Below are positions 10,260 through 19,302 of a DNA stretch of 64,000 nucleotides, piece after piece. Source of the DNA: Alphaproteobacteria bacterium (lineage in GTDB: Bacteria; Pseudomonadota; Alphaproteobacteria; Micropepsales; Micropepsaceae); NCBI GenBank assembly GCA_019247845.1, contig JAFBAL010000029.1, forward strand, positions 1,215 to 65,214, read 5' to 3'. The notes under the pieces were generated by a model, which was given only the letters and a program-made list of their open reading frames with translations, was not told where the DNA came from and made no database searches. Made by a program: the position numbers and the translations under genes. Position 1 is the first letter of the stretch; the number at the start of each line of letters is the position of its first letter.

Positions 10260-10476
10260 CTTCGCAGCTTCTCCCCGGCGGCCCATGCCGCTGATCGTTT
10301 CGCTTCCGGAACCATTGGATGGCCTTCGGCCGGCCAGTGGATGGCCGTCATTTGGCCAAGCGGGGCAAGGCGGCGCCCCGGCCTTTCAGGAGTGGCGGAG
10401 CGGACCATACGATAGCGCCGCGGCCCGGTCGAGTCTGGAAGTTGCAATTGTATCAAGGTTGTATCGGCTACTTTGC

Positions 10477-10505
10477 TTGACCCTTCAGATTTGTCATGAA
10501 ATATT
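10477..10505 (+). promoter_or_regulatory. Possible sigma70 promoter for the 10573 operon
   Basis: TTGACC (10477-10482), 17-nt spacer, AATATT (10500-10505) in an AT-richer intergenic region. Confidence 0.4.
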
Positions 10506-10572
10506 CCCGCGCCGTTTAAACCCCAACACCGACGTTCATTCGGACCGGCCACGAGCAGGAGCGTTCTGTACG

Positions 10573-10845
10573 ATGTCTACGACCGAAACTTCGCCCAAGG
10601 AGCGGGCCGCCAGCCCCGCAGAGCGCGCCGCCAAGAAAGCGCTCAGGAAGGTCAAGGGCGTCGATGTCTCCGAGCTCGAGCGCCGCGTCCTCATCGCCGA
10701 GCTGCGCGCCCGCGAGGTCGAGGCCGAGGTGCGCTATCTCGTCGCCACGCAGACGCGCCGCGAGATGCGCGCCGGCAAGCGCGACAAGCCCAAGAAGGAA
10801 AAGAAGGCCGGCGGGCGCAAGGTCCGCGCCGACATGGCCGACTGA
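10573..10845 (+). CDS. Small Lys/Arg-rich hypothetical protein (90 aa)
   Basis: AGGAG upstream of the ATG; GC3-rich codon usage; central helix ELERRVLIAELRAREVEAEVRYL with basic tails. Confidence 0.7.
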   Translation: MSTTETSPKERAASPAERAAKKALRKVKGVDVSELERRVLIAELRAREVEAEVRYLVATQTRREMRAGKRDKPKKEKKAGGRKVRADMAD

Positions 10846-10865
10846 GCTTGCGGGCGGCCGCGCCC

Positions 10866-10902
10866 CGGACTCGACGTTCGGACTCGACGCCCGGACTCGA
10901 CG
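10866..10902. repeat. Three tandem copies of CGGACTCGACG, 13-bp period
   Basis: Copies at 10866-10876, 10879-10889 and 10892-10902, separated by TT and CC. Confidence 0.9.
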
Positions 10903-11016
10903 ATTGCTCCGTACCCTGAATTCCTTGCCGCGGCCGCGACCCGGGGCGCGGTGGAATTCGTCATGACGATGATCTAGATTGCCGTTCAACGCCTTATCCC
11001 AATCGCGAGCCTTCCG

Positions 11017-13425
11017 ATGACCCCTTCCGACAGCCCGACGAGCCAGCAGGATGGCGGGCCCGATGCCAACGAGATGTCCCCGGCGGAGCGCAAGGAAGCA
11101 CGCCAGGCGGCCGCCAAGGTCCGCGCCACCGTCAACGGCTTCATCGCCAGCGCCGACCGCTATCGCGACGCGCGCGACTGGGCCGGCGCGCGCAGCGGCT
11201 ACGAGGCCGTGCTCGCCCTCGACCCAAACCTGAACCACATCTGGGTCCAACTGGGGCATGCCCGCAAGGAAGGCGGCGACCACGAGGCCGCCGAGATCGC
11301 CTATAGCGAGGCCATCAAGATCAAGCCCGAGGATGCCGACGCCCATCTCCAGCTCGGCCACCTCTACAAGATCCGCGGCATGCTGCCCCAGGCGCTCGAA
11401 TCCTATTCGCGGGCGCTGGCGATCAACCCCGATTTCGCCGATGCCCAGCGCGAGGTCGAGACGCTTCGCGCCAAGATCGCGCCGGGGACGCTTTCGCCGC
11501 AGAAGAAGTCGGTCTCGGGCCGCTTCCCGCGCGTCGCCAAGCCGTCGGACGGCAAGACGCTGCATATCGTCTTCGACGTCAGCGACCTGATGCATTATTT
11601 CCGCAATGCGCGGCTGCCTACCGGCATCCAGCGCGTGCAGATCGAGGTCATCCGCAACGCCATCGAGAGCTATGCCGAAGGCGTCGCCTTCTCGATCGTC
11701 TGCTTCACCAAGGAAACGGATTTCTGGGTCGAGATCCCGCAATCCCTGTTCAACACGTTGTGCCGCCGCGCCGTGGTCGGCGGCGACCACCTGGCGCCGG
11801 AGTGGATCGGGCTTTTGTCCCAGCTCGACGCGGTGCTGGGCAGCCGCAACTACTTCGCCTTCGTGCGCGGCAGCGTGCTGCTCAACCTCGGTACCTCGTG
11901 GTGGCTGCAGAACTACTTCCTGAACGTGCGCATGGCCAAGAGCCTGTTCGGGATCAAATACGTGCCCTTCGTGCACGATTTCATCCCGGTGATGGCGCCG
12001 GAGCATTGCGTCGCCGATCTCCGGCAGGACTTCATCACCTGGGCGATCGGCGCCTTCGATCACGCCGATTTCTTCCTGGTCAATTCCAAGGCGACCTTGG
12101 CCGACCTCCAGACCGTGGGCAGGAAGCTCGGCTATCCGCCGCGCGACGCCGCGGTGATCACCCTCGATGCCGATTTCCGCAAGACGCTATCGCCGGAGGC
12201 CATCGCCGACGAGGTGGGCGACCCGGTCGAATACTTGAACTCGCTCGGGCTCGAGGAGGGCAAGTACGTGCTCTTCGTCTCGACCATCGAATCGCGCAAG
12301 AACCACATCGCGGCCTTCTCGGTCTGGCTCAAGCTGATCAAGAAGCACGGCATGAAGAACGTGCCCAAGCTCGTATGCGTCGGCAACAACGGCTGGCTGA
12401 ACGACGCCACCTTCGCCAGGCTCAACGCCAGCGACCTGCTGCAGGAGCAGGTGCTGATGCTGTCGAAGATCTCCGACGCGGCGCTGGCCGTGCTCTACCA
12501 GAACAGCGTCTGCACGCTCTATCCGAGCTCGTATGAGGGCTGGGGCCTGCCGGTGACCGAGGCCTTGTGCTACGGCAAGGTGCCGATCGTCTCCAACGTC
12601 TCGTCGCTGCCGGAAGCCGGCGGACCGTTCGCGGAATATTTCGACGTCGAGTCCGAGAAGGACCTGATGGATGCGGTCGAGCGCGTCGTCTACGACGACA
12701 AGTACCGCCAGCGCCGCGAACAGAAGATCCAGGCCGAGTTCAGCCCTCGCGGCTGGAACCAGATCAGCCAGCAGGTCGTGGGCCAGCTCAAGGACTGGGC
12801 CAAGGCGCATGCCGGCGATTCCGCGCCCGAGCTGCCGGCCAGCGCCCACGGCATCTGGCCGCTGCCGGCCGACATGGGCACGCTGCACGCGCTGACCGCC
12901 AATACCAGCAACATCCTGTGGGCCGGCCTGAAGAGCGGCGAGGTCTACCGCAACGGCCCGGGCTGGTGGTGGCCCGAGCACTGGGGCTGCTGGATCAAGA
13001 ACACCGGCCCGTCGCAGATCGCCTTCGTGCTGAAGGACGTGGCGAACCAGGCGATCGAGGTCTTCGTGGGCGTGCGCGGCGTACAGGGCCGTGCCTCGGT
13101 CGCGACGTTGAAGAGCGAAGGCGCGCGCACGGCCACCGTGGCGATGACCCACGAGCAGGACAAGGTAATGGCGATGAGCCTTCCGGCGCAGCCGGAGGAC
13201 GAGCGGCTGGTGGTGATCAACGTCTCGAGCGACGTGGCGGCGGATTTCCGCGCCACCACCGGCGGCGTGGACTTCCGCTCCTGCGGCGTCGGCGTGCGCT
13301 GGGTCTATGCCTGCCGCGAAGACGACGTGCTGGCGCGCATGAAGATGGTCGAGGCGATCGCGCTCGGCGACTTCGAGCGGCTGAAGCGCCAGCCGCCGGA
13401 ATCGGACTTCTTCCTTCACACGTGA
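11017..13425 (+). CDS. TPR-containing GT4-type glycosyltransferase with extra C-terminal domain
   Basis: N-terminal TPRs (WVQLGHARKE, HLQLGHLYKI), LPTGIQRVQ, FVHDFIP, VSTIESRKNH, YPSSYEGWGLPVTEAL (EX7E). Confidence 0.88.
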   Translation: MTPSDSPTSQQDGGPDANEMSPAERKEARQAAAKVRATVNGFIASADRYRDARDWAGARSGYEAVLALDPNLNHIWVQLGHARKEGGDHEAAEIAYSEAIKIKPEDADAHLQLGHLYKIRGMLPQALESYSRALAINPDFADAQREVETLRAKIAPGTLSPQKKSVSGRFPRVAKPSDGKTLHIVFDVSDLMHYFRNARLPTGIQRVQIEVIRNAIESYAEGVAFSIVCFTKETDFWVEIPQSLFNTLCRRAVVGGDHLAPEWIGLLSQLDAVLGSRNYFAFVRGSVLLNLGTSWWLQNYFLNVRMAKSLFGIKYVPFVHDFIPVMAPEHCVADLRQDFITWAIGAFDHADFFLVNSKATLADLQTVGRKLGYPPRDAAVITLDADFRKTLSPEAIADEVGDPVEYLNSLGLEEGKYVLFVSTIESRKNHIAAFSVWLKLIKKHGMKNVPKLVCVGNNGWLNDATFARLNASDLLQEQVLMLSKISDAALAVLYQNSVCTLYPSSYEGWGLPVTEALCYGKVPIVSNVSSLPEAGGPFAEYFDVESEKDLMDAVERVVYDDKYRQRREQKIQAEFSPRGWNQISQQVVGQLKDWAKAHAGDSAPELPASAHGIWPLPADMGTLHALTANTSNILWAGLKSGEVYRNGPGWWWPEHWGCWIKNTGPSQIAFVLKDVANQAIEVFVGVRGVQGRASVATLKSEGARTATVAMTHEQDKVMAMSLPAQPEDERLVVINVSSDVAADFRATTGGVDFRSCGVGVRWVYACREDDVLARMKMVEAIALGDFERLKRQPPESDFFLHT

Positions 13426-13432
13426 CACAGCG

Positions 13433-14242
13433 ATGCTCGTGATCTGCTACGGGATGGCGAAGTCCGGCAGCACGCTGGCCTACGAGCTGGTGCGCGGCGT
13501 GCTGGGAAGCGCCGGCCACAGCCAGGCCAGGATCAAGAGCAAGGCCTTGCGCAAGCGCGACGACGGCAACTACCTGGCGACGGTCGCGCGCGAGGCGCTC
13601 GAGGACGCCATGGCCAAGATCGGCTCCGAGCGCATCGTCGCGGCCAAGACCCACAAGGTCTTTACCGACGACATGTTCCCCTGGATCGAAGAGATGCAGG
13701 CGGCCCGCAAGCTCCAGGTCATCGCCTCCTATCGCGATCCGCGCGACATCTGCCTGTCCCTCGTCGATCACGGCCAGCGCTCGCGCGCCAAGGGCGACGG
13801 CTCCTATGCCCATGTCGGCGATCTCGAGCGCGCCATGCATCTGGTCGAGAAGGCGATCCCCAAGTTCCGCCAATGGGGCGCTGTGGAGGGGACGCTGCGG
13901 ATGTTCTACGAGACTGTGGCCTTCGCGCCGGATGCGGCGATCGACGCGATCGAGGCCGTGCTCGGCGTCAAGGGCGACCGGGAAGCGGCCAAGAAGCACG
14001 CTTTCGAGGACGCTTTCACCCAGCTCAACAAGGCCAGGAAGAACCGCTACGAGGACGAGCTGGACGACGCGCAGAAGGCCATGATGCTCGATGCCTTCGG
14101 CGTCTTCATCGAGAAGGTCTGCGGGCGCAACGACCAGGAATGGTTTTCGCGCCATCGCCGCCGCGTGATGCGGCGGCTGGCCGCGGAGAGCGCCGCCGGA
14201 GACGGCACGGCGAACGGCGACGGCGCCGCGGGAGGCGGCTGA
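13433..14242 (+). CDS. Sulfotransferase-fold protein
   Basis: ICYGMAKSGST loop, AAKTH, SYRDPRDICLSL. Confidence 0.78.
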   Translation: MLVICYGMAKSGSTLAYELVRGVLGSAGHSQARIKSKALRKRDDGNYLATVAREALEDAMAKIGSERIVAAKTHKVFTDDMFPWIEEMQAARKLQVIASYRDPRDICLSLVDHGQRSRAKGDGSYAHVGDLERAMHLVEKAIPKFRQWGAVEGTLRMFYETVAFAPDAAIDAIEAVLGVKGDREAAKKHAFEDAFTQLNKARKNRYEDELDDAQKAMMLDAFGVFIEKVCGRNDQEWFSRHRRRVMRRLAAESAAGDGTANGDGAAGGG

Positions 14243-14245
14243 GAC

Positions 14246-15352
14246 GTGGAACTGATCCTGCATATCGGCACCGAGAAGACCGGCACCACATCGGTCCAGA
14301 ACTTCTTCCGCACCAACCGCGAAAAGCTCGCCAAGCGCGGCGTCCTCTATCCGGTGGCGCCGGGCCAGCGCAACCACACCGCTCTCGCGGCCGCGGCGCA
14401 GGAGATCTCCAAGCGCGATCCGCTGCGCAAGACCGCCGGCCTCAAGACCGACGAGCAGGTGCGCAAGTTCCGCGGCAAGCTCCTGGCCGATCTCGAGCGC
14501 GAGACCAAGGCCAAGCCCTTCAAGCTCGCGGTGATGTCGAACGAGCACTGCTCGTCGCGCCTGCTCGAGGACGGCGAGGTGCAATGGCTGCACGACAAGC
14601 TCGCCAAGCTGTTCTCGAAGACGCGCATCGTCGTCTATCTGCGCCGACAGGACGACTACCTGCTCAGCACCTATTCGACCTCGGTCAAGAGCGGCGGCAC
14701 CCAGCCGCTGGCGCTGCCGACCGAGCGCAAGGTGCAGCAGCGCTACGACCATTGGGACATGCTCTCGCGCTGGGCGCGGATTTTCGGGCGCGAGAACGTC
14801 GTCGCCCGCCGCTTCGAGAAAACCGCGCTCAAGAACGGCGACATCGTCGACGACCTCCTCGAGGCCGCGGGCATCGAGCTGGCGCCGGCTTACGAGAAGC
14901 CGCAGAACGTCAACGAGAGCCTGGACGGCCAGTCGCTGGAGTTCCTGCGTCTCTTTAACAAATTCGTCCCCCGCTTCGCGGAAGGCGACCTGAACCCCGT
15001 GCGCGGCAATATCGCCGACACGCTGAGCCGGTTCTCGGACGGGCCGCTCCTGACCCTTCCGGAGCGGGAACTGGCGGAATTCCAGGCCTCTTTCGCCGAT
15101 TCCAACGCCAAGGTCGCCGCGGAATATTTCGGCGGAGCGCGGCCCGGCTCCGACGATCCGCTGTTCGAGCGGCGCAGCGACAATCGGGCGCGTGTTCATC
15201 ACGCGCCGCTTACGGTTGAACGCGCAGTGGAATTGGGGGCGCTGCTGTGGCAGGAAAAGCAGGCGCAGGTGAACCGACTCGCGCAGAAGCTCAAGGACGG
15301 CCGGGCCGAGCTCAAGCAGACGCGGCGCAAGCCCAGGAGCGAGGACGCATGA
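14246..15352 (+). CDS. Sulfotransferase-like / P-loop protein with C-terminal coiled coil
   Basis: LILHIGTEKTGTTSVQ, MSNEH, VVYLRRQDDYLLS.Y, NESL. Confidence 0.75.
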   Translation: MELILHIGTEKTGTTSVQNFFRTNREKLAKRGVLYPVAPGQRNHTALAAAAQEISKRDPLRKTAGLKTDEQVRKFRGKLLADLERETKAKPFKLAVMSNEHCSSRLLEDGEVQWLHDKLAKLFSKTRIVVYLRRQDDYLLSTYSTSVKSGGTQPLALPTERKVQQRYDHWDMLSRWARIFGRENVVARRFEKTALKNGDIVDDLLEAAGIELAPAYEKPQNVNESLDGQSLEFLRLFNKFVPRFAEGDLNPVRGNIADTLSRFSDGPLLTLPERELAEFQASFADSNAKVAAEYFGGARPGSDDPLFERRSDNRARVHHAPLTVERAVELGALLWQEKQAQVNRLAQKLKDGRAELKQTRRKPRSEDA

Positions 15353-15378
15353 ACGAGGTGACGGACTAGGATACCGAA

Positions 15379-15996
15379 ATGCTTTTGAGCCTGAACAAGA
15401 AATTCCTCTTCATCGCCAATTTGAAGACCGCTTCCACTTCGATCGAGCGCGTGCTTTCGAACCATTGCGAGCTGCGCCTCACCCAGTCCAACCACGCCAA
15501 GCATCAGACCTTCATCGAGTTCGCCGAGCGCTTCAAATGGATGCTGTCGCTCACCAATGTCGAGGATCTGTTCGTCTTCGGCGTGATCCGCGACCCCGTC
15601 GATTTCGTGCTCAGCCTCTACAATTCGCACAAGCGCGAGCAGTTCAAGGAGAACCCGCGCCTCTATACCGGCGACATGGATTTCGCGCGCTTCATCACCC
15701 AATGGGTGCCGCGCAACGCCGACCAGCTCAAGAACCAGTATCTGCGCTTCGTCAGCACCGAGGGCCGGCTCATCACCAACCTGCTCATCTCCTACGACAA
15801 GATCGACGCAGGGCTCGAGATGGTGGCCAACAGAATAGGCGTGCCGGAGCTCACCAAGCTGCCGCGCGCCAATGCCAGCCCCTCGGGCATGAAGCGCGAC
15901 GAGCTGACCCGCGAGCAGATCGAATGGATCGAGGCGCGCTTCCGCCGCGACCGCGAGTTCATCGACCGCCACGCCGACCGCCTCACCGGCGTCTGA
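15379..15996 (+). CDS. Sulfotransferase family 2-like protein
   Basis: FLFIANLKTASTSIE and FGVIRDPVDFVLSLY. Confidence 0.8.
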   Translation: MLLSLNKKFLFIANLKTASTSIERVLSNHCELRLTQSNHAKHQTFIEFAERFKWMLSLTNVEDLFVFGVIRDPVDFVLSLYNSHKREQFKENPRLYTGDMDFARFITQWVPRNADQLKNQYLRFVSTEGRLITNLLISYDKIDAGLEMVANRIGVPELTKLPRANASPSGMKRDELTREQIEWIEARFRRDREFIDRHADRLTGV

Positions 15997-16229
15997 CGGA
16001 CGGCGCCGGAAACGGGTTTTTCCCAGGTTTATCCGGCATTTGGCGCGCAACCGCCTCGCAATTTCACGGCAAGCAAATCTCACCTCGACTCATATGTCGT
16101 CGAGATGTCACGGTTCTCCAGATTAAAAAGATTTGTGACGGAATCCGGTATATCGGTGGTTGAAACCGGTTAGAATATTTCGGGGGCACGTGTGGATTCG
16201 CAATTCTTTGGGGCTATGCGCTAACAAAA

Positions 16230-17645
16230 GTGAAAACGCTTCTTCTCGTTTACCAACTGGCGAGCGGTGAGGAGATTGCCGAGACGATGCTGCGCTCGGC
16301 GCTCGGCGATCTCGTGCGCGTTTGCGAATACCGGGTCGATCCGGATTGCTGCGGCCATCTCGGCTGCCGCCGTGCGTCTGAATTCGACCGCGCGGGCTAT
16401 CAGCTCTTCGTGCATCGCGCCGCCGCCGACGGCTCGCTCGAAGTCCCCAAGACCGGCGATCTCACCGTCGTGCAGCTGCGCGAGCCGACGCGCCGCGCGC
16501 TCACCCTTTATCGCGCCGATCTGGCAGAGCGCGGCCGCGCGCATTCTCCGGAGGCGTTGCAGAGCTTCCTCGCGAGCGAGGCGCTGCGCACGGTCGATTT
16601 CCAGCGCAAGTGGGAAGCGGCCCCGCGCCGTTTCGTGCTGCGCACCGAAGCGCTGGCCGCGGCGCCGCGCGATACGCTGGACGAGCTTCTCTCCGAAGCC
16701 GGTGTGCGCCGCGAGGCCGGCGGCATCGTCCCGGTGCCCGCGCTCGGCGAGGACACGCTCGGCGCTTTCGAGGCGGATGCCGATTTCCTGCGGCCCTTGC
16801 ATGCCGAGTTCATGAACCTGCTCGCGGAGGAGGTGGACTATCTGGGCTATCCGCTTTGGCAGGACCGCAAGCCCGCCTCCGGCCCGGTGACCACGATCTA
16901 TCGTGCCCGCCGGGCGCTCGCCGACGGACGCTTCGACGAGGTGATCGCCGGCCTGGGCGCCTTCGTCGCCGTCAACGGTGCGGAGCCCGAGGTGCGCGCG
17001 ATCCTGGGCCAGGCCTTGCTCGAAGCCGGCCGCGAGGTCGAAGGCCGCCGCGCGCTGGACGGGCTCATCAAAGCCAGCCCCGACAATTTCGAGGCCTATG
17101 GGATACTGGCGCGTCATGCCCACCGGCTCGGCCTCGCCATCGAGCTGCGCGGCATCCTGCGCGAGGCCATGAGCCGGCCGGGCGGCCCCGAATGGACGCG
17201 CGCCTTCCTGGGCAAGAACCGGATCGAATCCGATCTGTCGCGGGAGCTTCCGCCCGCCGCCCACAAGCCGCTGGTCGGCCGCAGCGCGGTCGTTGGCGGC
17301 TTCAGCTGGATCCTCGGCCGCAAGCCCGAAAGCGACGCGGTCATCGAAGGCCACCGCCACCTGCACGACGACGACGAGCTGCGCACGACCCTGCTGCGCT
17401 CGCAGGAGTTCCGCGAGTTCCACGAGCGGTTCGAGGCCGGGATGGAGCATGCGCCGGAGGAGGCGAGCCCGGTCACGCGCGACGACCTGCTGCAGGCATT
17501 GCGGTGGCTGCTCAACCGCCCCTTGCGCTCGCGCGCGGAAGCCGACGATCTTCTGAGCTCGCCGTCCCCGGCGGCGTTGCGCCTGCGCCTGATCGGCGAA
17601 GCGGAATTCGCCTCGGCCTGGCGTCACATGGCCGACGATTTCTGA
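16230..17645 (+). CDS. Hypothetical multidomain protein: degenerate sulfotransferase-like N-terminus, TPR-like helices, two C-terminal helical repeats
   Basis: 471-aa ORF with GTG start; VVQLREPTRRAL; TPR-like AILGQALLEAGR; repeats FSWILGRKPES..LRTTLLRSQEF and LRWLLNRPLRS..LRLRLIGEAEF. Confidence 0.65.
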   Translation: MKTLLLVYQLASGEEIAETMLRSALGDLVRVCEYRVDPDCCGHLGCRRASEFDRAGYQLFVHRAAADGSLEVPKTGDLTVVQLREPTRRALTLYRADLAERGRAHSPEALQSFLASEALRTVDFQRKWEAAPRRFVLRTEALAAAPRDTLDELLSEAGVRREAGGIVPVPALGEDTLGAFEADADFLRPLHAEFMNLLAEEVDYLGYPLWQDRKPASGPVTTIYRARRALADGRFDEVIAGLGAFVAVNGAEPEVRAILGQALLEAGREVEGRRALDGLIKASPDNFEAYGILARHAHRLGLAIELRGILREAMSRPGGPEWTRAFLGKNRIESDLSRELPPAAHKPLVGRSAVVGGFSWILGRKPESDAVIEGHRHLHDDDELRTTLLRSQEFREFHERFEAGMEHAPEEASPVTRDDLLQALRWLLNRPLRSRAEADDLLSSPSPAALRLRLIGEAEFASAWRHMADDF

Positions 17646-17696
17646 GCCCGCGGCCGCTTCCCAACGCGCGCGGGGCGACGCTATACAGTCGCCACC

Positions 17697-18866
17697 ATGC
17701 CAAACGCACAGAACCCCAATATCCTGATCGGCGCGTCCATCCCGCGCTCGGGCCATCACTTTCTCGCCGACATGATGACGGGCTATTTCGGCCCCGATCT
17801 GTACTACTGCGAGTACTATACGCTGGCGAATTGCTGCAAGCAGGTGCCGTGCACGCGGCGCGGCAACTTCGGCACCATCTACCAGAAGAGCCACGACCGC
17901 GACTTCAAGCTGCCGGCCGACGTCGCCGATGCGCTCTATCTCATCCAGTACCGCCATCCGGTGCCCGAGGCGCTGTCGGACCGCGAACTCGACATCAAGG
18001 ACACGCTCGGCCGGCCCAGCCTCGGCTACCGCCGCACGCGCGCGGGCTTCATGCAGTGGCTGGCGGCGAAGGCGGTCTATTACCGCCGCTTCCACGACAA
18101 ATGGATGGCCAAGCGCCTGCCCAATGCGCTTTATCTCGATTACGCGCAGCTCTCCAAGCGGCCGGGCGAGATCATGCGCGAGATCCTCACCCGCTCGGGC
18201 GCCGCGGTCGACGAGGCGCGCCTCAAGCAGGTCGTCGAGCGCTCGGGCGGCTCGCGCGGCGGCGGATCCGAGACCTACAAGCCGCGCGTGGTGAGCGACA
18301 GCCCGTATTTCGACGCCGAGCTTCTGGGCGCGCTCGAGGATTTCGTGCTCAAGCGCTGCCCGGCCTACGGCTTCTCGCGCGAGCTCGGCGGCTCGTACGA
18401 GGACAGCGCGCTCTACGGCCTCATCCTGCTCAAGGACCAGAACGAGCCTCTGCCCGGCGGCGGCGAGGGCAAGCGCTTCAAGATCGCGGCCAAGCTCGCG
18501 CCCGATCATCCCGAGGTGCGCCGGCGCAACATCGTGCGCATGCTGCGCGAGAACCACGTCACCCAGGCGCTGAAGCGGGCCGAGGCGCTGGTCGCGGACG
18601 AGCCGCTCTATGCGCCCGGCTACGAGCTGCTGTTCCGCGTCTCGGCCGATACCGGCACGCCGGTGCCCGAAGCGGCGCTCACCGGCAACGCGCTCGTCGC
18701 CTGCTCGGAAAGCGCCGAGCTTCTCACCAGCCTCTCGGAGGCGTTCCTCGCTGCCGGCTATTCCGTCAACGCCGTCGCCGCCGCGTCGCTCGCCGCCCAG
18801 CTCGATCCCGACAGCGAGGATATCCGCGACCGGCTCGAAGCCGCGCTGTCGAGCGCGAAAAAGTAG
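17697..18866 (+). CDS. Sulfotransferase-fold protein with C-terminal TPR-like helices
   Basis: GASIPRSGHHFL, YQKSHD, IQYRHP..AL.S; helical C-terminus. Confidence 0.72.
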   Translation: MPNAQNPNILIGASIPRSGHHFLADMMTGYFGPDLYYCEYYTLANCCKQVPCTRRGNFGTIYQKSHDRDFKLPADVADALYLIQYRHPVPEALSDRELDIKDTLGRPSLGYRRTRAGFMQWLAAKAVYYRRFHDKWMAKRLPNALYLDYAQLSKRPGEIMREILTRSGAAVDEARLKQVVERSGGSRGGGSETYKPRVVSDSPYFDAELLGALEDFVLKRCPAYGFSRELGGSYEDSALYGLILLKDQNEPLPGGGEGKRFKIAAKLAPDHPEVRRRNIVRMLRENHVTQALKRAEALVADEPLYAPGYELLFRVSADTGTPVPEAALTGNALVACSESAELLTSLSEAFLAAGYSVNAVAAASLAAQLDPDSEDIRDRLEAALSSAKK

Positions 18867-18879
18867 CCCAAAGTAGCCC

Positions 18880-19272
18880 ATGGATCCTGCGCCGATCGCC
18901 CTGCCGCTGCTGATCGCCCTGGCGGCCGGGCTGATCGGGCTGGCGGTGGGAAGCTTCCTGGGCGTGCTGGTGCTGCGCCTCCCGCACCGGCAACCGGTGG
19001 CGATGGCGCGTTCGCAATGCCCGCATTGCGGACACGTCTTGCGGCCGGGCGAGCTGATCCCGGTCGCAAGCTGGCTGATCCAGCGGCGGCGCTGCCGGGC
19101 TTGCGGCGCAACGCTCTCGGCCTTCTATCCCGTCATGGAGCTCGCCGCCGCCGCGGTTGCGATCGGCGCCGCGGTCTTCCTGCCGTGGCCCGAATCGATC
19201 TTTGCCTGCCTGGCCGGATGGGCGCTGCTGGTGGCGGTGGGCTTGGCTGTCGGGCTCGCGGATCGATTGTGA
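18880..19272 (+). CDS. Prepilin peptidase A24 N-terminal domain only (no catalytic C-terminal domain)
   Basis: GSFLGVLVLRLP, RSQCPHC, LIPVASW..QRRRCRAC, YPVMEL; ends at ..GLADRL* after 130 aa. Confidence 0.85.
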   Translation: MDPAPIALPLLIALAAGLIGLAVGSFLGVLVLRLPHRQPVAMARSQCPHCGHVLRPGELIPVASWLIQRRRCRACGATLSAFYPVMELAAAAVAIGAAVFLPWPESIFACLAGWALLVAVGLAVGLADRL

Positions 19273-19302
19273 CCGGCACGGCTGTCATGTTAGGACCAGC
19301 CC

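Noticed and set aside
10866-10902. Short direct repeats considered as a mini-CRISPR array
   Set aside because: Units are 11 bp with 2-nt spacers, far from CRISPR dimensions, and there are no cas genes.
15997-16229. AT-richer 233-bp intergenic region with short inverted repeats (CTCGAC/GTCGAG, GTCAC/GTGAC)
   Set aside because: No tRNA, riboswitch or sRNA structure I can support; most likely an ordinary promoter region.
19273-19302. Possible frameshifted continuation of the prepilin peptidase
   Set aside because: Only 30 bp precede the next gene and no frame encodes peptidase C-terminal motifs, so it was not called a frameshift pseudogene.
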